A DNA stretch of 63,930 nucleotides, the filler included, from Octopus bimaculoides (lineage: Eukaryota): the NCBI RefSeq assembly GCF_001194135.2. It is 3 parts of 3 records of this genome, joined end to end, with 100 filler letters (N's around TTAATTAATTAA, not from the genome) between each part and the next. Parts side by side here need not be neighbours in the genome. Positions count along the whole stretch, not along the records: positions 1 to 29,096 come from NC_068982.1; positions 29,197 to 60,593 come from NC_068983.1; 1 more part is not named here. One strand, written 5' to 3'. This document shows, piece after piece, positions 26,016 through 37,295 of this stretch. The notes beneath the pieces were generated by a model. That model saw only the letters and a list, made by a program, of their open reading frames with translations. It was not told the origin of the DNA and did not search any database. Made by a program: the position numbers and the translations under genes. Within the stretch, counting starts at the first letter, position 1. The number at the start of each line of letters is the position of its first letter.

Positions 26016-27789
26016 CCAGTTAGCCAGTTAAATATATTATTACAAACCGTTTATTATTAGGTTTAATGCCTCACTAAATTATTATATAAGATATGTATTT
26101 GGTGTTTCTGACAAGTTTTAGATTTTACCGATTCTTGATCGTTTCCAGTTTCCTTTTCCAATCAGTAATATTTCGATATTTTTTTCGTTTTTTCTTTTCG
26201 TTGTAAAGGAAGGTTCAATACACCATTTCTTAATTCATTGCGCCTCTTCGTTACGATTCTTTTTGGGGCCTCTACACCGGGATTCATCTCTGAAAGTTTA
26301 ATGGGTTTAGTAGCAAAAGTGAGTCTTCTCTGAGACTCTTCTCTGGGACTCTTCACTGAGACTCTTCATGTGGACTCATCCTTGAGATTCTTCTGAGACG
26401 CTTCATTGGGACTCTTCTCCGTGACTCTATATTGATTTCTTTTCCTTATTTCAGAATATTCTCATTTACTTCATTCCTGTATTTTTCTGATTCACTCTTT
26501 CGTCTAACTTCACTTTATTTTCACTAAACATTTTATTTCCCATAAATTGTCTTTTTTTTTTTTGTCCTGTTTTTCAAGTTGGTTCATTGTACTCTTACTA
26601 TAACTAGCGACCTAATGCGTCTTCTATTTTCTGCTGCTTTAATCATATTTATATTTATTCTATGTTTCTGATATATCTATTATTTACACTAGTTTCTTGT
26701 TTTATTAAGCTATTATCATTGTTCTATTTCAGTTTGTATTTATAAGTCATTTTCTCTCTCAGTTAATCTGCTTCTCTATGTTTATTTTCAACTAAACTCA
26801 TTAAACTTCCCTCGGCTATTTATGTATTATGCTAGTCTCTACGCAATATGTATCACATATATACATTGTGCATATCTCTTTCATTGTTTGAGGTGTGGAT
26901 ACTTTCTCCTGTTTATTTACAAACACTTTTTCTGTTCCCATTTATGAGCTCTGTTTGGCGGGATGTGGGTTCATTCTTCAGTTTAAAACCGCTACATCTT
27001 TAACTTTTTTATTCGATTAACTTAGTAAATTATACCTTTATATTTTTATTATTATTATTTATTTTGGGATTCCCGCCACCACCTTTACCTTGTGTGTTGT
27101 TGGTCAAAGAGTGTACATAAGACTATTGTCTTAATTTATTTTGTTGGCAATTATATGTTTTATTTGTATTGTATGCTTTGTTATATTATTGGCAAATTGA
27201 TTTACTGTCTTATGACTTTGTAAAGAGAATAGTTGTATTCTTGCAGTTTGTTGTTGTTGTTGTCTGACTCGCAAGGCGTGTCTATGAGCTCCCGTTGTGG
27301 GTTTCATTTTATAGTTTTATTTTCTCAGAAATTGAACAATTATTTCGGTACCGTATCCTACGGAATTGTTACAAACAGAGATTTTTGTTTTCCTTTTTTC
27401 TACCCATTTTCAACAAAAGTGTCATGTTTAATTTATTTCGATTATTGATATTTTAACATGGGTTTTTCGATTTAAGTAAAAAGGGAAGAGACTTGCCCCA
27501 GTTATTGGTAGCACCAATATAAGCATATATTCCTACAGTCAACGACTTGTGACAACAAATATTAATACAGATTTTTTTTTGAATTAACAACAAAAAACAT
27601 GAAGGCTAATACTGAAAAAACAAATACAAAAAAATTTTTAATAATTAATTTGTGGCATTAAACAGTGATAATATTATTGAATCAAACATTGGAAAGGGAA
27701 ACAATGACACATACATATATGCACAAGTTTTGCTGAGCTTAGTGGTAAGAAACTCTCAAGAGAGCTGGACGCCAGGTCTTCAAAGAAGA

Positions 27790-27837
<48 letters not shown>

Positions 27838-27949
27838 AAGCGAGTGTTTTGGCCCTTAACAGCTTACTCTCAAAGGGTACCTCGCCGCATCCAGGTCATG
27901 ACTCCTAGTTACCCTTCCGCTCACATTTTTTATACATTTAAACTTGTGC

Positions 27950-28520
27950 ATTTAAACCTCCTGGAGATTTCATATAGTTGTAACTCCACTCTGTTAACTC
28001 AGCTTTTAAACTTATATTAAGAGAGGAAATGATGTTGGTTGTCAGCGCTGAAACATCACTCAGAATTACTCCTATTGCCGTGAAAATACAAAAAATATGG
28101 CCTTCAAACGATATGGAGGTCATTTTTGTTCCTCCTCGAACAGATGCAGCTGGAATACCTCTCCAATGTCTCTGATATTGCTTTTAAGGCTTTGGTTCTG
28201 TTATCACAAAATCACTGGCTCCAATCTCTAAGACGAGAATCTTGACTGTGAAGTTTGCTTGCCCCTGGCTGCCGGCCAGACTGGAGTATTTTTCACCCTT
28301 AACACTTGTGCTTCTTTTATTGTACTTTAAAACGGCTCAGTGAGTTCAATTCAAATCAGTTGCTTTGTTGACCAAGTATGGAGTACAAAATCTGGTCACA
28401 AGCCACTCATCCTCATAATTCTAGTTCGTTTTTTTTTCTCTTTTTTTTAATATTGAAGGCCTGCTGAGCACTCCTAGTCTCCGCATCACCTAGAAGATTC
28501 CATTCCTGTGTAAATATATA
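27950..28520 (-). pseudogene. Highly decayed Tc1-like transposase N-terminal region
   Basis: Minus frames: VMRRLGVLSRPSI; QSGRQP..KLHSQDSRLR..DNRTKALKAISETL..SRRNKNDLHIV*RP (cf. SGRP.K.T.RD.R.L.R..NR..TVRR.LH..RP). Confidence 0.35.
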
Positions 28521-28939
28521 TACACTTGTAGTGCAATATATGAATTCATAGAATCATATGGGTATCATGGAAATCTTCTCTACTGGACACGGCTAACAGA
28601 CCACATAGTAATCCACTATGGGGGAGTATAATGAAGTGTTTTATACAACTGAAATCCAAGAATCCGATCAGTGAAGTTTCTTCATGAGGAGTACATAAGC
28701 CATCAAAAGGTAAGAGATACGAAAGGGGAATATATTGAACCACTTGTCACCTTTAGGATTACAGCTGTTTCACAGCCTTCATCATGCAATAATAATTTCA
28801 GTGTGAAATTAATTATTTTACATCTACGCATTATAAGATACAATTGTATCTTTACAAATCAGTGCAGCTAACGAAAGCTAGACCATCAGATCATCAGAAA
28901 ATCATGGTTAACCAATGCCTCAACTCAGTATATTACAAA

Positions 28940-29021
<82 letters not shown>

Positions 29022-29140
29022 AACTTACTTGAAATGGATGCGTGTCGTTCAATTAAATAATGATATAAATAATATAAATAATTTATATATATATACNNNN
29101 NNNNNNNNNNNNNNNNNNNNNNNNNNNNNNNNNNNNNNNN

Positions 29141-29152
29141 TTAATTAATTAA
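29141..29152. other. Synthetic gap spacer TTAATTAATTAA (44N+12+44N = 100 bp)
   Basis: Identical construct at 60638-60649; stops in all six frames. Confidence 0.92.
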
Positions 29153-29202
29153 NNNNNNNNNNNNNNNNNNNNNNNNNNNNNNNNNNNNNNNNNNNNTATA
29201 TA

Positions 29203-29365
29203 TATTAGGTTGTCTCGCATGAAATGTCGCATTTGAAGAAGGAAATATTAAAATTGATTTTTAAGTTTTAGAATATTTATTTAATCAAAATATGATTGTT
29301 GTTCATTTATGACCTTCATCCAACGTTTATATAAGGTATGTATATTCTATCTTCAAAGAACCTGT
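29203..29365 (-). mobile_element. Mariner terminal fragment
   Basis: TA + ttaggttg TIR-like start, followed by AT-rich sequence resembling mariner 3' ends read in reverse. Confidence 0.45.
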
Positions 29366-29374
29366 CATCTTTTA

Positions 29375-29600
29375 CACTGACGTGTGTATCTGTGTGTGTG
29401 TGTTTGTGTATATGTATATGTGTGTGTATGTGTCTTTTTGCTAGTGCTTGTCTCCCACCAATCTCTTGTTGATTTGTTTACACCTCCGTAACTTAGTTGT
29501 ACGACAAAGAAGATCGATATAATAAGTACCAAGCTTAAAAAAAATAACAAGTACTGTGGGTGATTTGTTCGACTGAACTCTTCAAGGCGGTGCCTAAAGC
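29375..29600 (+). mobile_element. SINE family A, 3' half
   Basis: ccgtaacttagttg..aataagtacc..gatttgttcgact..aaggcggtgcc. Confidence 0.8.
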
Positions 29601-30842
29601 ATGATGAGGAAAACGATAAATATGCAGACACTCACAGGAAAATAAAATGAAATATATATGCAAAGTAAAAATACCGAATATATTTAATATAAAGAAGGAA
29701 ATACATGTCAAGAATTCCCAATTATCCTCTGGGATTATATGATTTTTATCCATACATTTTTGGACTCCCTAATTTCGTTCATGGAAAGATCAATCATCGT
29801 TGTGTCAGTAGGGACTTTCTGTAGATGCTTGTCGTCAGCTAGAGATTTATCATTGAGATTTTTGTTCTTTCAGATGTAGATATATAGAATGTTTTACAAT
29901 TCAAATCTTTTGATATATTTTCTGTATATCTTTCAGTGTACAGTACAGTTGTTGGCTACATATAGCCGGCTGAACTCTTTGGTAATATATGTATATATGT
30001 ATGGAGGAGAAATGTATGTAGGAAGATTGCTCATTTATACACCTGCTTGCCATAAACTGGCTGAGAAGATTTCGTGGTAATCAAAGCTGTTGGAAATCCG
30101 AAATCTCTTGCTTATGATAACAACGATAAAATAAATAGAACGAGTTTTTGAGGTGAATGTTGTTTGAGCTGGGTTATGAAAAAGTATATCTGAAATGGTA
30201 GGGCTTCAATATCTATAATATAATTCCTTATATTATGATTCGTGTCCGAGATGACAATAATTTACAACAGAATGAGAATAATAAAGACGAAAAAATAATA
30301 TTTATGGCTGGAAGCAACAGATCTCTCCACCAAATGATATATTTTCAAATAAGTACATGCAGAATGAAAAAAGGGCAGAATCGACAAGGGAAACGGCTGA
30401 ACAAACAGAATTTGTAAATTGGAAAGAATTTGTATTCTGTGGATGGAAATGAAATTGTTTCGAACACAACTCTTCTTCGGAGATGGATTGATCAAATAGA
30501 CTGTCAAACAGTGTGAAAAGAGAATAGATTCTCTTACGGTAAATAAGCTAATCCGGTCGAACAGAAAAAAAACAAAAACAAAAATCAAACAAAAACAACT
30601 CTAGAGACTACGTTTTCATTTCATTGCAGTCTACTGAATTATATAGCTCCCATCAGGCTACTAATATATAAGAAAGGGAACAGGTTTTGTAAAACATGCT
30701 GTATTTATCTGTGGAGAACGTCATAGAAACAGATTTAAACGCCCAATAACGTGATAATACGATTGGGGTTTTGGTTCAAATAGTTGAAGCTATTTCTCAT
30801 AAGTTTCGCCGCTAATGTTCAAAAAGTGAAATACGATGTTGC

Positions 30843-30904
30843 CTCTGCTGCCACTGCTGCTACTGCTGCTACTGCTGCTACTGCTGCTATTGCTGCTGCT
30901 GCTG

Positions 30905-30979
<75 letters not shown>

Positions 30980-30980
30980 T
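30843..30980. repeat. (CTG)n grading into (CTA)n
   Basis: Read directly. Confidence 0.95.
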
Positions 30981-32379
30981 TTTGTTTTAATATTATCGAA
31001 ATGAGAATAATAGAAGACAAGGTCATCACGATGGTATTTTAACAGAAACAAAAGGCCGAAACTAGATGTTGCGAAGCATCAAATATAGCGTTGTAATTTT
31101 TGCAAACACCAATTGATGCGTTGACTAATGAAGTATAAGGCCTCTGGTTTGTAGTGAAGAAAGGCCAATTGTAACATTCAAAACATTTCTAAAGGAATTA
31201 GTTACGAAACAAGCGAAATGTATGCAACAAGGAATAGAAACCGAATCAAGAAATCATTTCCAAAAAGTCTACCACTGCGTCAAGACTGTGACCCCGAACT
31301 ACCCACAGGATAATAAGATTGAAAATAAAACCTCATGTTTCTCTATTTTCATACTGATCTTATTCTTCTGTAACCCAATAAATATAAATGCAACTAGGTT
31401 TTATGCTTAACAAATCTATTTTCTTTTCACTTTTCTCTAATTTTGAATGGAAAAATTCAATTCGTCTCTTTTTATAATATGGAAATTTAATCTGGCAATA
31501 TTATTTTCTAGTTTTCATATCGATTTTTACATTTTTATCTCCGTCGGACAATTACTCGACACGCTACCTAAATGTAATGTTCTGCTAGTAACATTTCATT
31601 TGGTCATCCTTTAGATTCTGATATTTCCTAAAATTCTTGTTTATTATTTTCGTTTTTGTTGTTGCTATTATACGTGTCATATTCGGTTAGTATCACGCTA
31701 TGTAAGTAAACTATCAAAATCATTTTACGATCTGCATGTATAAAAGAATCCCTCAAAAGGAAAAAAAATCCCTGAAAAAAAAAGTAAAAATAAAGAAGAA
31801 AAACCGAATACAAATTGGAGGAGAAACCTTTTCCAGGATAAAACGAAGAATATTTAATGAAATAAAATCTGTAAAAACACTATAGAAATAGTATAAATTT
31901 ATTTGCTTTCGTTTTCTTCGACACACACTTTTCATTCACTCCATTTTCTTTTGTGTCTTTCTGCATTTGTTTGAACAACGTTATTATGTAACTAAAGACG
32001 TTTTGTAATGTATTAAAATATAAGTTAAACTGAAGAATTCTGGGTATCATTTCTTTTTTATCTACCAAATAATCATCCTCATAATCCGTCGAGTATTCGA
32101 TTATATTACCAATATAATTCATAAAAACTTCAAGATTAACCAGGTGAATTCTTACGAGTCTGTCTATTTACGATTGTATATCTACCTTAATCATTTGTTC
32201 CTTTTCTTCACAAAATTCCCTCTATTATTTCAACGAAATCATTTTAAAAAATACATTTCGATGTGAACTTATTTCTATTCTTGTTTGTAGTATATCGTAT
32301 ACATTTTTACACACGGCAAATTATAATTTCTATTTATCTTTCTTCCGTGGTATATATTTTTCTTCGTGTTTTCACTCAT

Positions 32380-32611
32380 AAAAATAATACATGTATGTAC
32401 GTATATGCGTCCGTATGCACGTACGTATTGATGTATGTATGTATGTATGTATGTATGTATGTATGTATGTATGTATGTATGAATGAATTATGTATGTATG
32501 GATGTATGTACGTATGTATATATGTATGTATGTATGTATGTACGTACGTATGCATGCGTGCATTTATGTATGTACGTTTGTAGGTGAATATCTGCGCGTA
32601 TCCTGTATATG

Positions 32612-32645
<34 letters not shown>

Positions 32646-32860
32646 NNNNNNNNNNNNNNNNNNNNNNNNNNNNNNNNNNNNNNNNNNNNNNNNNNNNNNN
32701 NNNNNNNNNNNNNNNNNNNNNNATATATACATATATATATATATATACATATGTGGGCGTGTGTATATATATATGAATACATCCATACACTTACATACAT
32801 ATATGTGAGCGTGTGTGAATACACACACACACACAAACACACATACACACACACACAAAC

Positions 32861-32907
<47 letters not shown>

Positions 32908-33419
32908 CACATATTGGTGAATTGTTGATTTTGCATGTCTATATGAGCATGGTGGAAAATTTGAAAGTTCAAATATCTACCAACCTACCTACCTACATAC
33001 ATACATACATGCATGCATACATACATACATACAAACATACATACACACATAAGTACATATATACACGCAGGCATCCATACATACACACGTACATACAGGT
33101 ACACACATACCAGGCACATACCTGCATACACATACATAAGAGAATTTATGAGTAAGAGAACGAATATGCGCGCATGTAATTGTGTACGCGCGCGAAAATA
33201 TTTTCAGATCCTGTCTAAGTACAGATGGCATTCAGTAATCTGAAAACTAAATCACAATACATTACTATTATAACAATTTACAGATAAAGTATATACACAT
33301 ACGCACACTTTTAAATATGCATACGCACACTTTTAAATATGCATACGCACACACAAACACAAACGTTTATCAGTGTATGTACATATCCACACGCACACGA
33401 GCAGGCACAAACACACACA

Positions 33420-33511
<92 letters not shown>

Positions 33512-34080
33512 TACAGTATAACTGGAAAATTATCATATTCATACCTTTTGTGGAAAATATAAAAGTATAGTTTTTTGTTGAAAGTATAATGTATAAAAGC
33601 GACGGAAAATTTATATTATAAATTGAATCTCGAGTGATGTTGGCTTCATATTATTAGTTTAGTAAATATGCATTTACATCGGAATCTGTTTCAGCTCTTA
33701 CTTCATTAAATGTCACTTTATATTTCCAAGTACCCTACATAATGTAAAATAACTCACGTATATATTTTCATTGTCTTTCCTACGTCAATCATTGATAATA
33801 CAAAAACAAAAAAATATTCCTTTTATTGTCTGTGTATGAATATCTCTGATTTTGCATGTGTGTGTGTTTACTTGTATGTATGTATGTATGTATGTATGTA
33901 TGTATGTATGTATGTATGTATGTATGTATGTATGTATGTATGTAGGTAGGTAGGTAGATAGGTAGGTATGTATATGTGTGTATGTGTGTGTCTATGTATG
34001 TATGTATGTAGTATGCATATATGTGTGTGTGTGTGTTTTTGTGTGTGTATGTGTGTCTGTATGTGTAGGTGTGTGAACAA
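32380..34080. repeat. (TATG)n/(TA)n/(CA)n complex with a 22-bp tandem duplication at 33299-33352
   Basis: Read directly; unit atacgcacacttttaaatatgc x2.5. Confidence 0.9.
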
Positions 34081-34213
34081 TTGGAGCGAACATGTATATG
34101 TATCTATTTACTAGCTCTCCANNNNNNNNNNATTTACTAGCTCTCCAGAGTGTGAATGAGGTAGCGTAGTGTAGTGATTAAAGTGTTCGGTTCATGATTA
34201 TAAGATCTCAAGT

Positions 34214-34454
34214 GCGGGTGTACATATATATGTAGGCATGTGCGTGTATATAGTTATATGTAGAGAAGTAATAGTCGTAGCCACTTTAACATGGCTGTCC
34301 GTTCGAGCGGACTCTACTGCGATTTTTTAACTCCAAGAATATTACTTGTTAGTACATCTACTGCGTTGATCTCTTAGAGAGATTTTAGAACTAGCATTTT
34401 TGATTATATGTAGATGTATATAGATATATATACAGTAGAATCTCGCATATGTAA
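34214..34454. repeat. 241-bp direct repeat, copy 1 (copy 2 at 34990-35230)
   Basis: One mismatch found between copies (gcatttttg vs gcattcttg). Confidence 0.95.
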
Positions 34455-34559
34455 TAAGTACCAGCTCAGTGTTGGTTCAGCCGCTGCTCAAAGGGTGATT
34501 GGACCGACAGAGTGTATTTACTTGTGCGCCACTACATATGCATCCATGGGTGTTATCAC

Positions 34560-34980
34560 AGCAGTAAATAAAGACACATACTCTCAATTCCCCACTGTTT
34601 CGATAGCTCTGTACTAAGAATGATAAAGATTTTGAGCGTTTGTTGTTGCACAATGAAATTTGATGCGTGTTAAAGAGGAAATACTTGAAAATATTTATTC
34701 CCTTTTTAAAATAGTTGTTGAATGCTTGCAAGAGTCTTATTCCGTTCTTTGTGATGAACTAAGAAACATTAAGTATGACGTTGCTTGTGTGGCAAATATA
34801 TTTACAAATTTCAAGGAAGTTAATTTGCCATTGCATGGAAATGAAGTTAAACTTTATCAAAGTAAAACAAGCGCTCTCTACGTTTCTGTCCAAGTTATAC
34901 TTATTCAAATGTAGCATAAGCTGTCGTCAGTTCTTCCAACGTCCAAGTCTCTTTGAATTGGAGGAGAAAAATATATTAGA
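34560..34980 (+). pseudogene. hAT (Charlie/ZBED5-like) transposase fragment
   Basis: LFR*LCTKNDKDFERLLLHNEI (cf. FERLLLHTEVRWL); LCDELRNIKYDVACVANIFTNFKEVNLPLHGNEV; IKVKQALSTFLSKL..RQFFQRPSL. Confidence 0.85.
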
Positions 34981-34989
34981 CAAGGTCGC

Positions 34990-35230
34990 GCGGGTGTACA
35001 TATATATGTAGGCATGTGCGTGTATATAGTTATATGTAGAGAAGTAATAGTCGTAGCCACTTTAACATGGCTGTCCGTTCGAGCGGACTCTACTGCGATT
35101 TTTTAACTCCAAGAATATTACTTGTTAGTACATCTACTGCGTTGATCTCTTAGAGAGATTTTAGAACTAGCATTCTTGATTATATGTAGATGTATATAGA
35201 TATATATACAGTAGAATCTCGCATATGTAA
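34990..35230. repeat. 241-bp direct repeat, copy 2
   Basis: See copy 1. Confidence 0.95.
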
Positions 35231-35441
35231 CATGAATTGTTGAAAGACTTCAGTCGACTAAGATTATCCAAACAAATGGTGGACAAGAACTCTCTCAAGA
35301 TCATGTTTTCGTCTTGTTAGTTTTCCTCAGCGAAGTATATCCTACTCTGGTCACTAAGTGATCAATATTATAGCAATAGAAGGAATGTAGTGATACTGAT
35401 AATGAATATCAGATATATGGACGTTGGAAAATACCTCTTAC

Positions 35442-35507
35442 CTTCTTCCCATCTTTCTACACATCCTTTAGATGTTACATTAATAGTAATGTAACATTGG
35501 GGAAATC
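35442..35507 (-). CDS. Candidate internal exon (phase 1-1) GFPQCYITINVTSKGCVERWEE
   Basis: Long polypyrimidine acceptor ttttttttcttttttttaacgattcaag, donor AAG|gtaaga, 66 bp in frame; protein not recognised. Confidence 0.4.
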
Positions 35508-35890
35508 CTTGAATCGTTAAAAAAAGAAAAAAAAAAATTGCCCTGAGTAAACAATGCTGAAAGGTTTTCTGATAAACTATTTGATGTCGCTTCAGTTTGT
35601 ACATTTTGTTTGCAATAAATACTTATATATTTCTATACTACTTCATCGATCAGTCCTTTTCTTTATTTCTTTTGAATTGTTTCCACTATCGATTAATCAT
35701 TTTCACACTGAGTACTTTCGACTGTTCAAATTATCTTTTATTTCTATTGAAATTTATTCAATGCATGCGTTCACTCATGCATCATTTTCATTGTAATGTA
35801 TTCCAAATCCCAGTATGAATCTTTTAGTAGCTTCATCCGTTGTCAACCGGATAAGTTGTTAAAAAACATGTGTACTGACGTGTAAATATA

Positions 35891-36105
35891 TATTGGTTTC
35901 TCATTTTGGCACAAGGCCAGTAATTCTATGGGATTTGGTAAGTCGATAATATCGACTTAGTGCTCCAATGGTACTTATTCAATCGATCCCAAACGCATGA
36001 AAGGCAAAGTCGACCTCGGCAGAATTTGAACTCAGGACGTAATGACGGACGAAATACTGCTATGTATTCTGCCCAGCGCGCTAACGGTTCTACCAGCTCA
36101 CCGCC
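35891..36105 (-). mobile_element. SINE family B, full length
   Basis: Reverse reads ggcggtgagctggtagaaccgttagcgcgctgg..gagttcaaattctgccgaggtcgactttgcctttc..ccttgtgccaaaat. Confidence 0.9.
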
Positions 36106-36639
36106 TTTTTAAGATCTACATATATATTGAGTTTCAATTTTATTTACATAAAGTATTACTTAACAGAGAGTTTCGTAACTCGAGAACAAGATAGTTGAAC
36201 TTATTGTATTTTAAATAAAATCGAAATGGTTGGCTAAAGTGTAAGTTCACATTACTTGAGAGAGTTCTTGTCCACCACTTGCTTGGATAGTCTTTCAACA
36301 ATTCATGTTGCATATGTGAGATTTAAACATTGAAAGCACATTATAATTATCTATGTTTTGTTAATTTTCGTTAACTTGGTCCTGTGGATGTAAACTATGG
36401 CATAAACACTCAGAGTGCAACCAAATTTAATCGATATTATCGCCATTTAGATAAATTTGACTCCATATTCATGAAGTAGATGTTATTTTCTATTACAATG
36501 ATACAGAGGGCAGTGTAGTTGGTTTAGAGACGTACAGGAATGTTTAAATGGCGCTCGACATTTCAAAGTATGAATGCCACTGGGATCTGCTCCGTCTGCT
36601 ATTTTCATAAGATCCATAAAATAAATCCAAATAATGTAA

Positions 36640-36815
36640 TTGTTTCTGATTTAGGCAATAGGCCAGCAGTTTTCAGTAGATGTTAATACTATCGACCCTA
36701 GTACTTGACTAGTGTTTAATTTTATCGACCCCGAAAAAAGATGAAAGGCAAAGTTAATTTCAGCGAAATTTGAACTTAGAAAGTAAAGGGCTGGAACAAA
36801 TACGTCAAAACTCCA
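36640..36815 (-). mobile_element. SINE family B, partial
   Basis: tcgaccccgaaaaaagatgaaaggcaaagtt..aatttgaact. Confidence 0.85.
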
Positions 36816-37149
36816 ACAATTCTTCAAACTCATCACCTTAAGACCAAGTAATATAATAAAAATAATCAACACCTACAACTATAAAATCCAGTTTATCTCA
36901 AAATGCGACATGTAGATTGTGTTTTTTTTTATTTTGTAAATGTAAAGGAAGGTAAATATAGTTTCGTAATGTTCATACTTTGTCCAGGTGTCATTAGCGG
37001 TAAGAGTTTCACTCATATCTTTAATGAAACAGTTTTAGAATAAAACCGAACTAGAAAATTAGTTTTAGAATTAAGTCCCTCTAAACATGAGGTTATAACT
37101 TGTACAAATTCCTCAAAATAACTAGAGGTGCATATAATTTTGGTTTCGG

Positions 37150-37295
37150 ATTTTGGCATATGACCAGTAATTTCAGAGAGGAGCAAGTCTATTACATCGA
37201 CCCCAGTGCTCAACTGATACTTATCTTGCCGACCCCAAAAAGATGAAAGGCAAAGTCGATCTCGGCGGCATTTGCACTCAGAACGTAAAGACAGA
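37150..37295 (-). mobile_element. SINE family B, partial
   Basis: tcgaccccagtgctcaactg..gatgaaaggcaaagtcgatctcggcgg. Confidence 0.85.

Noticed and set aside
28546-28640. GNLLYWTRLTDH resembling a YWTD repeat
   Set aside because: The frame closes after HYGGV, there are no usable splice sites, and the D of YWTD is missing.
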